From an uncultured Chloroflexia bacterium (GTDB lineage: Bacteria > Chloroflexota > Limnocylindria > Limnocylindrales > CSP1-4): a stretch of DNA of 64,000 nucleotides. The DNA is taken from the NCBI GenBank assembly GCA_963746865.1, contig CAVVDB010000001.1, positions 6,432 to 70,431 on the forward strand, written 5' to 3'. The notes under the pieces were generated by a model, which saw nothing but the letters and a program-made list of their open reading frames with translations, ran no database searches and was not told the origin of the DNA. A program made the translations under genes and the position numbers. This document shows, one piece after another, positions 51,083-60,558 of this stretch (within the stretch, counting starts at the first letter, position 1; each line of letters opens with the position of its first letter).

Positions 51083-51850
51083 CTACTTCGTGGCGCGCAC
51101 CCCGCCGTCGACGAAGAGGCCGCTGCCGAGCACGAACGACGACTCGTCCGACGCCAGGTAGAGGGCCGCGGCGGCCACGTCCTCCGGCCGGCCGAGTTCA
51201 CCGGTCAACTGACGCATCCTGAGGGTCTCCATCCCGGCGACCGGATCGTCGTACTGCTCGGCCAGGTAGCGGTCGACGAACGGCGTGTGGATCGTGCCCG
51301 GCAGGAGGGCGTTGACCCGGATGCCGTACGGCGCGTAGTCGGCCTGCATCTGGCGCGTCAGCGACAGGACCGCCCCCTTCGACGCGGCATACGAGGCGCG
51401 ATTCGCAAGGCCGATCTCGGCGATCGTCGAGGACATGTTGATGATCGACCCTCGACCGGCCTCGATCATGAACGGCAGGACGGCACGGGCGACAAGGAAG
51501 ACGCCACGGACGTTGACCGCCATCACCCGGTCCCACAGCTCGATCGACGTCTCGTGAAGCACGCCGACACCGGCGATCCCGGCGTTGTTGAACAGGACGT
51601 CGATCCGGCCGAAGTCCCCGCGACCTGCGCGCGCAAGGGCCTCGGTCGAGGCGGGATCGACGACGTCGACCCGGTAGGTCCGCCCGCGACCGCCGCCGCC
51701 CTCCAGGGCCGCCGTCGTCTCGGCCGCCGCGGCGCGATCGACATCTGCGACGGCGACGATGGCGCCCTCGGCGGCGAACAGGAGCGCCGACGCCCGGCCG
51801 ATCCCCGAGCCCGCACCGGTGATGAGGCAGACCTTGTCGGGAAGACGCAC
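51083..51850 (-). CDS. SDR family oxidoreductase
   Basis: TGAGSGIG, NNAG, YAASK. Confidence 0.93.
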   Translation of the reverse strand: MRLPDKVCLITGAGSGIGRASALLFAAEGAIVAVADVDRAAAAETTAALEGGGGRGRTYRVDVVDPASTEALARAGRGDFGRIDVLFNNAGIAGVGVLHETSIELWDRVMAVNVRGVFLVARAVLPFMIEAGRGSIINMSSTIAEIGLANRASYAASKGAVLSLTRQMQADYAPYGIRVNALLPGTIHTPFVDRYLAEQYDDPVAGMETLRMRQLTGELGRPEDVAAAALYLASDESSFVLGSGLFVDGGVRATK

Positions 51851-52051
51851 GATCCGACCCTCTTGCGGCCGCAGGGGCCCGAACGACGGCGTGTTCGGGT
51901 TGGCGGGAGACGGCCTGCGGTATCATCGCCGAACGGGAGGCGCCCGATGCGTCCCGCAGCAGGTTCCGAGACACCGCATGACCACCACTCGACGGGGCCG
52001 ATCCGGCACCGACGTCCCGGTCCGGGGCAAGAGCCTCGGATCAAGCGGCCG

Positions 52052-52681
52052 ATGAGCCGCCGGCATCAGGGTCGATCGCACCACCATGCCCAGCGCGGCC
52101 CCAATGGCGCGCGGCCCGTCACCGGCGTGAGCCCCGGTCCGAACACGAATGGCGCCCCGAGCGCGGCGGGATCGGGCGGGGCCGCCCCCGCTCCACGGCC
52201 GCAGGCGTCCGCCGCCGGCGCCGACGAGGCGCAGGCGCAGGATGCGGTCACGACCGCTCGGCTGGGATCGCCGGGGGCAGCCCCGGTCGCACCGCCTCCC
52301 GACAACGCCCGACCCGGCTTCGTGCCGCACGCCGACGCCCGTCCGCCGTCGAACGGATCCCCCGGCGCCATCCCGCCCGGAGCCGCCGGCCAGGACCGCA
52401 ACGGGCAATGCACCGCGCCCCAGCTTCGGCGCTTCATCAAGAGTCGGCCGTACGTGCCGATGCATGAGCTCCGACGCCGGTTCGGGATCGACGGCGGCGA
52501 TGACGACGTGACACCCGTCCGACTCGAGCCGAGTTGGGTCTATGTCGGTCTGCCGAACCGCGAAGGGCTGCTCCTCGGGGAGTTGCTCAGGTCCGGGGAG
52601 ATCGGGTATGAGCTCTCGCTCGACCCGCGGACGCCGATCGTCATCGGCGTCTACCCGATGCGCCCGATCCCCAGGTCATAG
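52052..52681 (+). CDS. Hypothetical protein: disordered N-half plus compact C-terminal domain
   Basis: Low-complexity Pro/Ala/Gly half followed by QLRRFIKSRPYVPMHELRRRF...GVYPMRP. Confidence 0.7.
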   Translation: MSRRHQGRSHHHAQRGPNGARPVTGVSPGPNTNGAPSAAGSGGAAPAPRPQASAAGADEAQAQDAVTTARLGSPGAAPVAPPPDNARPGFVPHADARPPSNGSPGAIPPGAAGQDRNGQCTAPQLRRFIKSRPYVPMHELRRRFGIDGGDDDVTPVRLEPSWVYVGLPNREGLLLGELLRSGEIGYELSLDPRTPIVIGVYPMRPIPRS

Positions 52682-53245
52682 CGCGGGGATCTCGATCCCC
52701 TCGCGGGCCAGCAACCCGCGTTTGATCGCCAGGCGTTCCTCGCGACTTCCCCAGCCGTCACCGCCGTAGCCGCCGATCGTGCCGTCCGCGGCGATGACCC
52801 GGTGACATGGGATCAGCAGGCTGATCGGGTTGCGACCGAGCGCGCCACCGACGGCGCGGGCGGCTCGCGGCGCCCCGATCCGGCGGGCGATCTCCCCGTA
52901 ACTCGCGGTCCGGCCCCAGGGCACCGCGGCGACGGCGTCGAGGACGCGCTGGTCCCAGGTCGGACGGTCGGTCAGGTCGAATGGCACGACGGGCCGGGTC
53001 GGTACCCCGGCGAGGAGCGACTCGAGGGCCCGTATCGCGGCGTCGAGATGGACCCGGCGCGAGTCGTCCGGGGCGGCCTCCGTGGCCGGCTCGACATGGG
53101 CGCCGAGCCGCCGGGCGAGGCCGGTCGTGAACGCCTCCTCGGTCGTCAGCCACTCGATCGCGACCACACCGCGCGCCGTGGCGGCCACGTGGAACGGACC
53201 CCACGGCCCCGGGATCGTGGTGCGGATCGCGGAACGATCGGGCAT
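52676..53245 (-). CDS. ogt: Methylated-DNA--protein-cysteine methyltransferase
   Basis: [22 protein letters not shown]. Confidence 0.93.
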   Translation of the reverse strand: MPDRSAIRTTIPGPWGPFHVAATARGVVAIEWLTTEEAFTTGLARRLGAHVEPATEAAPDDSRRVHLDAAIRALESLLAGVPTRPVVPFDLTDRPTWDQRVLDAVAAVPWGRTASYGEIARRIGAPRAARAVGGALGRNPISLLIPCHRVIAADGTIGGYGGDGWGSREERLAIKRGLLAREGIEIPAL

Positions 53246-53277
53246 CGGGAAGAGTCTCGCATAGCGATCGGCGTGCT

Positions 53278-53294
53278 ATACTCCCAGGGAGTAT
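53278..53294. promoter_or_regulatory. CsoR-like operator covering the -10 box and start codon of copA
   Basis: ATACTCC-CAG-GGAGTAT palindrome; TATACT at 53277-53282. Confidence 0.75.
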
Positions 53295-55629
53295 GACAGA
53301 CACCCCGACGACCGCCGAGATCGCGCTTCCGATCGAGGGGATGACCTGCGCGTCCTGCGTCAACCGCATCGAGCGGTTCCTGCGCAAGACGCCCGGCGTC
53401 GAGACCGCGACGGTCAACCTCGCGACCGAGGTCGCCACCATCCGCTACCTGCCCGACACCGCGGACCGGGCGGCGCTGGTCGGCGCCATCGAAGCCGCCG
53501 GCTACGACGTCCGGACGGCGTCGCCGACCGGGTCGGGCGCTGCCCCGATCTCGATGATGGAGGAGCTTTCGCAGGAGGACCGTGACCGGGCACGCGAGGC
53601 GCGGCGCCTGCTCATCAAGGCGTCGGTCTCGATCGCGACGGCCGTGGCGATCATGATCGTCATGTTCGCGCCGCAGACGACGATCCCGATGGAGGACCTC
53701 AACCGGCTGGTCCTGCTCCCCGCCACCTTCATCCAGGTCTGGGGCGGCGGCCGGTTCTATCGTGCCGCATGGCGGGCTGCCCGTCACCGCACGACGAACA
53801 TGGACACGCTTGTGGCCGTCGGCACGTCCGCGGCGTGGGGCTACAGCGTCGCGGTGACCCTCTGGCCCGCGGCGATCATCGCGGCCGGACTCGAACCGGT
53901 CAGCTACTTCGACTCGTCGACGATCATCATCGGCCTGGTCCTGCTCGGACGCTGGCTGGAAGCGCGGGCCAAGGTCCGCACGACCGGGGCGATCCGCCAC
54001 CTGGTCGGGCTGAACCCCACGACGGCACGCGTGGTCGAGGCCGACGGAGACCGGGACGTCGCGCTGGAGACCGTCCAGGTCGGCGATCTGCTGCGCGTCC
54101 GCCCCGGTGAGAAGGTCCCGGTCGACGGGGTCATCGTCGAGGGCAGCTCCGCGATCGATGCGTCGATGCTCACCGGGGAGCCCGTGCCGGTGGCGGTCGG
54201 ACTCGGCAACGAGGTCATCGGCGCGACCCTCAACACGACCGGCACGTTCGTCATGCGCGCGACCCGCGTCGGCCGGGACACCGCGCTGGCCCGGATCGTC
54301 GAGCTCGTGCAGCGCGCTCAGGGCTCCAAGGCGCCGATCCAGCGACTGGCCGACCGGATCGCGGAGGTCTTCGTCCCGGTCGTCCTCGTCATCGCGGCCG
54401 CGACCTTCGCCATCTGGTTCGCCGCGGGTCCGGAGCCACGCCTGACCCTCGCCCTGACCGCGTTCATCAGCGTCCTGGTGATCGCCTGTCCCTGCGCGAT
54501 GGGCCTGGCCACGCCGACCGCGATCATGGTCGGGACCGGCCGCGGCGCGGAGGCGGGGATCCTCATCCGCGGTGGCGAGGCGCTCGAGACCGCCCAGCGC
54601 GTGTCGGCGGCCGTGCTCGACAAGACGGGGACCCTGACCCTCGGCCGTCCGGTCGTCGTCGATGTCGTCCCGGCGCCGGGCTACACCGTCGAGGATGTCC
54701 TCGATGCCGCCGGCGCCCTCGAGAAGGGCAGCGAGCACCCGCTCGCCACGGCGATCCTCGCCCGTGCCCGTGAGCACGAGCTCGGCTTCGGCACGGTCAC
54801 CGGGTTCGGGGCCATCCCGGGTGGCGGGATCGAGGGCATCGTCGCGACGGAACGCGCGACGCGCGCCGTCCTGATCGGCAGTGGGCGCCTGTTGCGCGAA
54901 CGCTCGATCGACACCGACCCGCTGGCCTCGGCCTGGACCGCGGCATCGGCCGCCGGAAACACGGTCGCCTTCGTGGCGATCGACGGGCAGGCCGCCGGCG
55001 TGATCTCGCTCGGCGACCCGGTCAAGGCGACGGCCGCGGAGGGGGTCCGGACGCTGGCCGCCTCGGGCGCCGAGGTGTGGCTCGTGACGGGCGACGGCCG
55101 GGCCACGGCAGAGGCCGTCGCGCGGCGGGTCGGGATCCCGCTCGACCACGTCGTGGCCGATGCCCGGCCCGAGGACAAGGCGGCCGCGATCGAAGCCCTC
55201 CAGGCACGCGGGCTCGTCGTCGCGATGGTCGGCGATGGGATCAACGACGCACTGGCGATCGCCCATGCCGACCTCGGGATCGCCATCGGTGGCGGCGCCG
55301 ACGTGGCCGTCGAGGCATCCGATGTCACGCTGGTCGGTGGCGACCCACGGTCGGTGGCCGAGGCGCTCCGCCTGTCGCGCGCGACGATGTCGGTCATCCG
55401 CCAGAACCTGTTCTGGGCATTCGCCTACAACATCATCCTCATCCCGGTCGCGATGGGCGTCCTCTATCCCGCGTTCGGGATCGTCCTGAACCCGGCCCTG
55501 GCGGCCGGCGCGATGGCGCTCTCGTCGGTGTCCGTGGTCCTCAATTCGCTCCGGCTGCGCGGCTTCGATGTCCGTCGGCCCGTACACTCGGACCATGCAC
55601 CCGAGCCCACGACCGGGGTCGCCGGCTGA
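53293..55629 (+). CDS. copA: Copper-translocating P1B-1 ATPase
   Basis: GMTCASC, TGE, CPC, DKTGT, SEHP, GDGIND, YN and MALSS. Confidence 0.95.
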   Translation: MTDTPTTAEIALPIEGMTCASCVNRIERFLRKTPGVETATVNLATEVATIRYLPDTADRAALVGAIEAAGYDVRTASPTGSGAAPISMMEELSQEDRDRAREARRLLIKASVSIATAVAIMIVMFAPQTTIPMEDLNRLVLLPATFIQVWGGGRFYRAAWRAARHRTTNMDTLVAVGTSAAWGYSVAVTLWPAAIIAAGLEPVSYFDSSTIIIGLVLLGRWLEARAKVRTTGAIRHLVGLNPTTARVVEADGDRDVALETVQVGDLLRVRPGEKVPVDGVIVEGSSAIDASMLTGEPVPVAVGLGNEVIGATLNTTGTFVMRATRVGRDTALARIVELVQRAQGSKAPIQRLADRIAEVFVPVVLVIAAATFAIWFAAGPEPRLTLALTAFISVLVIACPCAMGLATPTAIMVGTGRGAEAGILIRGGEALETAQRVSAAVLDKTGTLTLGRPVVVDVVPAPGYTVEDVLDAAGALEKGSEHPLATAILARAREHELGFGTVTGFGAIPGGGIEGIVATERATRAVLIGSGRLLRERSIDTDPLASAWTAASAAGNTVAFVAIDGQAAGVISLGDPVKATAAEGVRTLAASGAEVWLVTGDGRATAEAVARRVGIPLDHVVADARPEDKAAAIEALQARGLVVAMVGDGINDALAIAHADLGIAIGGGADVAVEASDVTLVGGDPRSVAEALRLSRATMSVIRQNLFWAFAYNIILIPVAMGVLYPAFGIVLNPALAAGAMALSSVSVVLNSLRLRGFDVRRPVHSDHAPEPTTGVAG

Positions 55630-56062
55630 CCCGCGCGACCTGTCCGGTCCGTTCGCCCATGAGATATCGATCGAGGTCCGGTTCGCCGACACCGACGCGA
55701 TGGGGCACGTCAACAACGCGACGTACCTGACCTACTGCGAGAGCGCCCGGATCCGGTATTGGACCGACCTGACCGGCAAGCTCACCGAGAGCCTCATCCT
55801 GGCGGAGGCACGGATCACCTACCGGGCGCAGCTGTATTACGGCGAGACCGTGACCGTGCAGACCCGCGCGACGCGCATCGGACGGTCGTCGTTCACGCTG
55901 GAGCATCGGCTGGTCTCGGCACTGCCGGGCGATGCGCCACGGCTGGTCGCGGTCAGCGATTCGGTGCTCGTTCGGTTCGACTACGAGACAGGGCGCCCGA
56001 CCCCGCTATCGGACGAGGAGGTCGCCGCGATGGAGGCGTTCGAGGGTCGCCCGCTCAGGTGA
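55595..56062 (+). CDS. Acyl-CoA thioesterase (4HBT/YbgC family)
   Basis: [18 protein letters not shown]. Confidence 0.9.
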   Translation: MHPSPRPGSPADPRDLSGPFAHEISIEVRFADTDAMGHVNNATYLTYCESARIRYWTDLTGKLTESLILAEARITYRAQLYYGETVTVQTRATRIGRSSFTLEHRLVSALPGDAPRLVAVSDSVLVRFDYETGRPTPLSDEEVAAMEAFEGRPLR

Positions 56063-57317
56063 CGGCGCGGAAGATCGTGACGGCGTTCTGGCCGCCGAAT
56101 CCGAAGCCGTTCACCGCGACCGTCTCGACCTTCGCCTTGCGCGCCGTGAGCGGGACGTAGTCGAGGTCGCAGGCCGGGTCCGGTGTGTGCAGGTTGGCGG
56201 TCGGCGGGATGATCCCGTCGCGGATGGCGCCGATCCCGGCGAGCGCGGAGGCGATCCCCGCGGCGCCGACGAGATGCCCGATCATCGACTTCGGTGAGCT
56301 GATCGCCACCTTGTACGCGTGGGCTCCATAGGCGCCCTTGATCGCGGTGGTCTCGGTCGAATCGTTGAGCTGCGTGGCCGTCCCGTGGGCCACGATGTAG
56401 TCGATCTCGTCGGGCGCCACACCCGAGTTGCGCAGGGCCGAGGTCATCGCCCGGGTCTGGCCGCGCCCGGTCGGGTCGGGGGCGCTGATATGGAAGGCAT
56501 CGGCCGTCAGCGCCCCACCGATGATCTCGGCGATCGGCGTCGCGCCGCGCGCCTGCGCGTGAGCCAGCGACTCCACGACCACGACCCCGGCGCCCTCGCC
56601 GAGGACGAACCCGTCACGCGTCTCGTCGAACGGCCGCGAGGCCGTCGCCGGGTCGTCGTTGCGCTTCGAGAGGGCGGTCATGTTGGACAGGGCGGCCAGG
56701 CCCATCGGCCAGATCGGCGCCTCCGAGCCGCCGGTCAGGACGACGTCGCAGTCGCCGGACCGGATGAGCCGCAGCGCGTCGTGGAAGGCGATGACCGAAG
56801 TCGCGCAGGCGGCGACCTGGGTGATCACCGGACCCGTCAGGCCGTACTCCATCGACAGCATGCAGGCCGCCATCGAGCCCGACAGGGCCGGCACCGCGAA
56901 CGGGCTCACGAAGCGCGGGCCCTTCTCGTCGTGGATGTGCGTCCCGTCGATGATCTGCTCGATCCCGCCGCCGCCGGTGTTGACCACCACGCCGACCCGG
57001 TCGCGCTGGTCCTGGTCCATCGCGGCGAAGTCGATCCCGGAGTCGCGGACGGCCTCCATCCCGGCACCCATCGCGAGCTGGATGAAGCGGCTCATCCGCC
57101 GAGCCATCTTCGGGTCCATCACGGTCGACGGGTCGAAGTCGAGGACCTCGGCGGCGATGCGGACCTCGAACGCCGAGGCATCGAACCGCTTGACGGTCCG
57201 TGTCCCGGTGACGCCGGCTTGAAGGTTCGACCAATAGGTCGGGAAATCGTTGCCGATCGGCATGACGGCCCCGAGACCGGTCACCACCGCCCGGCGCGAC
57301 GGATCCTGTTCAGGCAA
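56055..57317 (-). CDS. fabF: Beta-ketoacyl-ACP synthase II
   Basis: ACATS, HGTAT, GHLVG, NGFGFGG. Confidence 0.9.
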   Translation of the reverse strand: MPEQDPSRRAVVTGLGAVMPIGNDFPTYWSNLQAGVTGTRTVKRFDASAFEVRIAAEVLDFDPSTVMDPKMARRMSRFIQLAMGAGMEAVRDSGIDFAAMDQDQRDRVGVVVNTGGGGIEQIIDGTHIHDEKGPRFVSPFAVPALSGSMAACMLSMEYGLTGPVITQVAACATSVIAFHDALRLIRSGDCDVVLTGGSEAPIWPMGLAALSNMTALSKRNDDPATASRPFDETRDGFVLGEGAGVVVVESLAHAQARGATPIAEIIGGALTADAFHISAPDPTGRGQTRAMTSALRNSGVAPDEIDYIVAHGTATQLNDSTETTAIKGAYGAHAYKVAISSPKSMIGHLVGAAGIASALAGIGAIRDGIIPPTANLHTPDPACDLDYVPLTARKAKVETVAVNGFGFGGQNAVTIFRAVT

Positions 57318-57369
57318 GAGGGCTCCTCATGGGGACGGCTGCCTGGTGATTGTAGGGCCGACCACCCGG

Positions 57370-58644
57370 TCAGTCGCCGTCGTAGCGCTTGAAGATGACC
57401 GCGCCGTTGTGGCCGCCGAGGCCGATGTTGTTGGAGAGCGCGTAGCGGATCGGCATCGCCTGCGTCTCGTCGGTGACCCAGACGTCGCACTCGGGGTCGA
57501 CGTCGCGGAAGTTGAGCGTCCCGGGGGCGCACTGCTCAGCGACCGACATCACCGTGGCGAACGCCTCGAAGGCGCCCGCGGCGCCCATCATGTGGCCGGT
57601 CATCGACTTGGTCGCACTCACGATGAGCGAGCGCTCGGCGCGGGCAGAACGCGGACCGAAGGTCGCCCAGATGGCTTCGGCCTCACGCTTGTCGCCGAGC
57701 GGCGTGGAGGTCCCATGCGGGTTGATCAGGTCGACCTCGTCGGCCGGCACGCCGCGCCGCTCGAGCGCCATCTTCATCGCCCGCGCCGAACCGGCGCCGG
57801 CCTCGATCGGCTGGATCATGTCCCAGCCGTCGGCGGCCGAACCGTAGCCGACGACCTCGGCATAGATCTTGGCGCCGCGGGCCTTGGCCAGCTCCAGGTC
57901 CTCGAGGAAGAGCGATCCCGAGCCCTCGCCGAGGACGAACCCGTCGCGCGTCGCGTCGAACGGTCGGGAGACCGTCGCGGGGCCCTCGCCCGGTCGGGGC
58001 ATCCCCATCCCGCGCATGTTCGAGAAGCCGGCGTGCCCGACCTCGAGCAGCGGGGCCTCGGTCGAGCCGCTGATGACCGCGATGCAGTCGCCGCGGCGGA
58101 TCGCCTCGGCCGCCTCGCCGACGTTGTGGGTCCCGGTCGCGCAGGCGGACACCACGCACATGTTGTGGCCGATCGCGCCGGTCTCGATGGCGATCATCCC
58201 GGAGCAGCTGTCGGTCAGGGCGTTGGCGATGAAGGTCGGGGCGACCGTTCGCGGCCCTCGCTCCGTCATCGCGATGTAGTTGTCGATCATCAGCGATTGC
58301 CCGCCGGCGCCCGATCCGAAGATGACCCCGACCTCGGTCCGATTCTCGTCGGTGACCTCGAAGCCGGAATCGGCGAGGGCCTGCTTCGCAGCGGCGACGC
58401 CGAAGTGCATGCTCGACTCGCTGCGACGAGCGGCCTTGGCGTCCATCCAATCGGACGGGACGAAGTCGTGGACCTCCCCGCCGAGGACGGCCTCGTACGG
58501 GGTCGTGTCGAACCGGGTGATCTGGCCCAGGCCGGAGACCCCGTTGACGAGGCTCCCCCAGGCGGTCGCCACGTCGTTCCCGACAGAGCTGATCACCCCG
58601 AGTCCGGTGACGACCACACGGCGATCGTAGTCGGGTCTGCGCAC
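57370..58644 (-). CDS. fabF: Beta-ketoacyl-ACP synthase II (second paralog)
   Basis: ACATG, HGTST, GHMMG, NNIGLGG. Confidence 0.9.
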   Translation of the reverse strand: MRRPDYDRRVVVTGLGVISSVGNDVATAWGSLVNGVSGLGQITRFDTTPYEAVLGGEVHDFVPSDWMDAKAARRSESSMHFGVAAAKQALADSGFEVTDENRTEVGVIFGSGAGGQSLMIDNYIAMTERGPRTVAPTFIANALTDSCSGMIAIETGAIGHNMCVVSACATGTHNVGEAAEAIRRGDCIAVISGSTEAPLLEVGHAGFSNMRGMGMPRPGEGPATVSRPFDATRDGFVLGEGSGSLFLEDLELAKARGAKIYAEVVGYGSAADGWDMIQPIEAGAGSARAMKMALERRGVPADEVDLINPHGTSTPLGDKREAEAIWATFGPRSARAERSLIVSATKSMTGHMMGAAGAFEAFATVMSVAEQCAPGTLNFRDVDPECDVWVTDETQAMPIRYALSNNIGLGGHNGAVIFKRYDGD

Positions 58645-58684
58645 GTTGGCTTCCTCCTTGTCTTGGGTCGTTGTGGGCGTTCGG

Positions 58685-59647
58685 TCAGGCGGGAACGGTG
58701 GCTAGGGCCGTGAGACGGTCCGCCGAGGCTGGGTCGTCCGCGGCGATGACCTCCGCATCGGGGGCGATCCGCTTGATCAGCCCACTGAGGACGCGGCCCG
58801 GGCCGATCTCGACGAAGGTCGTGACGCCGGCGGCCACCATCCGCTCGACGATCGTGATCCAGTCGACCCCGGCGGTCAGGTGCTCGACGAGTTCGGCGCG
58901 TCCGGCCTCCGCGCTGGCGATCGGGCGACCGTCCGCGTTGGCCAGCAGCGGGACGTCCGGATCGTGGAACGTGACGCCGGCGAGGGCGACCCGCATCCCG
59001 TCGGCGGCTTCGGCCATCAACGGCGAATGAGCGGCGACCGATACCGGAAGGACGATCGCCCGTCTCGCGCCGAGTTCCTTGGCGAGTTCGGCACCGGCCT
59101 CGATGGCGGCCCGTTCGCCCGACACGACGACCTGACCCGGGGCATTACGGTTGGCGACGACGAACGTGCCGTGGGTCGAGGCGGCGGCGACGAGTTCCGG
59201 GAGCCGGCTGTCGTCGAGGCCGATCAGCGCGGCCATCGCTCCATCGCGACCTTGGCCGGACGCCTGCATCAGGCGACCGCGCTCGCGCACGAGTCGGACG
59301 CCATCGTCGAGGGCCAGCGCGCCACTCGCGACCAACGCCGAGTACTGGCCCATGGAGTGTCCGGCCGCGAAGGCCGGAAGTGGTCCCTCCAGCCCCTCTG
59401 CCGTCCATCGCTCGTGCAGGCCCGCGAGGATCGCGATCGATGTCGCCAGGATCGCCGGCTGGGCATGTTCGGTCAGGTCGAGGCGCTCCGCGGGCCCGTC
59501 CCAGGCGACGCCGCTGACCGACTCCCCGAGCGCCTCGTCCGCGGCCGCGAAGACGGCGGCGGCGGCCGGCGAGCGTTCGGCGAGATCGCGGCCCATCCCA
59601 ACGGACTGCGAGCCCTGGCCCGGGAAGACATAGGCAAGCTGGTGCAT
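58685..59647 (-). CDS. fabD: Malonyl-CoA:ACP transacylase
   Basis: FPGQGSQ, GHSMG, VAAHS, EIGPG. Confidence 0.95.
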   Translation of the reverse strand: MHQLAYVFPGQGSQSVGMGRDLAERSPAAAAVFAAADEALGESVSGVAWDGPAERLDLTEHAQPAILATSIAILAGLHERWTAEGLEGPLPAFAAGHSMGQYSALVASGALALDDGVRLVRERGRLMQASGQGRDGAMAALIGLDDSRLPELVAAASTHGTFVVANRNAPGQVVVSGERAAIEAGAELAKELGARRAIVLPVSVAAHSPLMAEAADGMRVALAGVTFHDPDVPLLANADGRPIASAEAGRAELVEHLTAGVDWITIVERMVAAGVTTFVEIGPGRVLSGLIKRIAPDAEVIAADDPASADRLTALATVPA

Positions 59648-59688
59648 GCCGGCAGGGTAGGGGGTCGAACGGCTGTCCACGCACGACG

Positions 59689-59705
59689 ACCATGCATGGT
59701 TGCAT
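59689..59705. promoter_or_regulatory. Palindromic operator candidate between fabD and the marR-like gene
   Basis: ACCATGCATGGT (59689-59700) overlapping ATGCA-tggt-TGCAT (59692-59705) and a TTGCAT -35-like box. Confidence 0.55.
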
Positions 59706-59736
59706 AGGTTCCCCTCGTGGCCGTACCCTTCGCGTC

Positions 59737-60312
59737 GTGTCCGACGTCCGACCCGCGCGCTCTTCGACGCGTCCAGCCCCGAGGCGGGCGATCGCCCGCC
59801 AGTTCGAGGCGGACCTCTCCGCGCCCGTGCTCGCCGCCGGGAACCGGCTGCCCAATGTGCGCCAGATCAGCGAACGCGTGGCGATGGGTCGCGCCCTCTG
59901 GCGGGAACTGGTCATCGGCTTTGCCGGTCAACTCGGGGAGTTGCGGCTCGGCTTCACCCAGCTCGCCGCCCTGTACGTGCTGGCCGACGGCAGCACGCTG
60001 ACGATCGGTGAGCTCGCCGAGTCGATCGGACGCTCGCCGTCGGCGACCAGCCGTCTCGTGGACGGCCTCGTTCGCCGTCGCCTCGTCGAGCGCCACCAGG
60101 AGCCGGAGGACCGACGACAGCGGACGCTGCGGTTGACCCAGCGCGGTCACGCCGTGCTGCGGGTCGTCGACCGGGCTCGGGCCGATCAGTTCCTGTCGGC
60201 GGTGCGGCCGCTGCCGACCGCCGAGCGGGCGATCGTGGCGATGGGCGTGGCGGCCCTGGCGACTCACGCCATCAGCCGCAGAGGCCGACTCATCCGGACA
60301 TCTCGCGAGTAG
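59737..60312 (+). CDS. MarR family transcriptional regulator
   Basis: TIGELAESIGRSPSATSRLVDGLVRRRLVER..EDRR..LTQRG. Confidence 0.9.
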   Translation: MSDVRPARSSTRPAPRRAIARQFEADLSAPVLAAGNRLPNVRQISERVAMGRALWRELVIGFAGQLGELRLGFTQLAALYVLADGSTLTIGELAESIGRSPSATSRLVDGLVRRRLVERHQEPEDRRQRTLRLTQRGHAVLRVVDRARADQFLSAVRPLPTAERAIVAMGVAALATHAISRRGRLIRTSRE

Positions 60313-60336
60313 GATTGTCGGACAGGAGGCTGCCAG

Positions 60337-60549
60337 ATGGACTTTCGTCTCGATCAGCTGTCGCTTCGGGTCCGGCATCGCCACTCGGACGGCAGCTGGG
60401 GTGCGTTGGACCCAGGGCCGTCGCACCACGATCCGGCCGATCACGACCCCGAGCGCGACTGGGCGAACGGCACGATCTATGTCTGCCAGACCTGCGATGA
60501 GGAGGTCCTGATCGGTCCGCTCGACGATCCGGGAGCTCCGGGCGCCTGA
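60337..60549 (+). CDS. Small hypothetical protein with HxH and CxxC motifs
   Basis: AGGAGG RBS; HRHSDG...HHD...CQTC. Confidence 0.7.
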   Translation: MDFRLDQLSLRVRHRHSDGSWGALDPGPSHHDPADHDPERDWANGTIYVCQTCDEEVLIGPLDDPGAPGA

Positions 60550-60558
60550 CCGGCGCCG

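Noticed and set aside
53146-55716. Long antisense ORFs (also 6052..7839, 40941..43172, 48380..50884)
   Set aside because: Shadow frames opposite well-supported genes, expected at this GC content and with no recognisable motifs.
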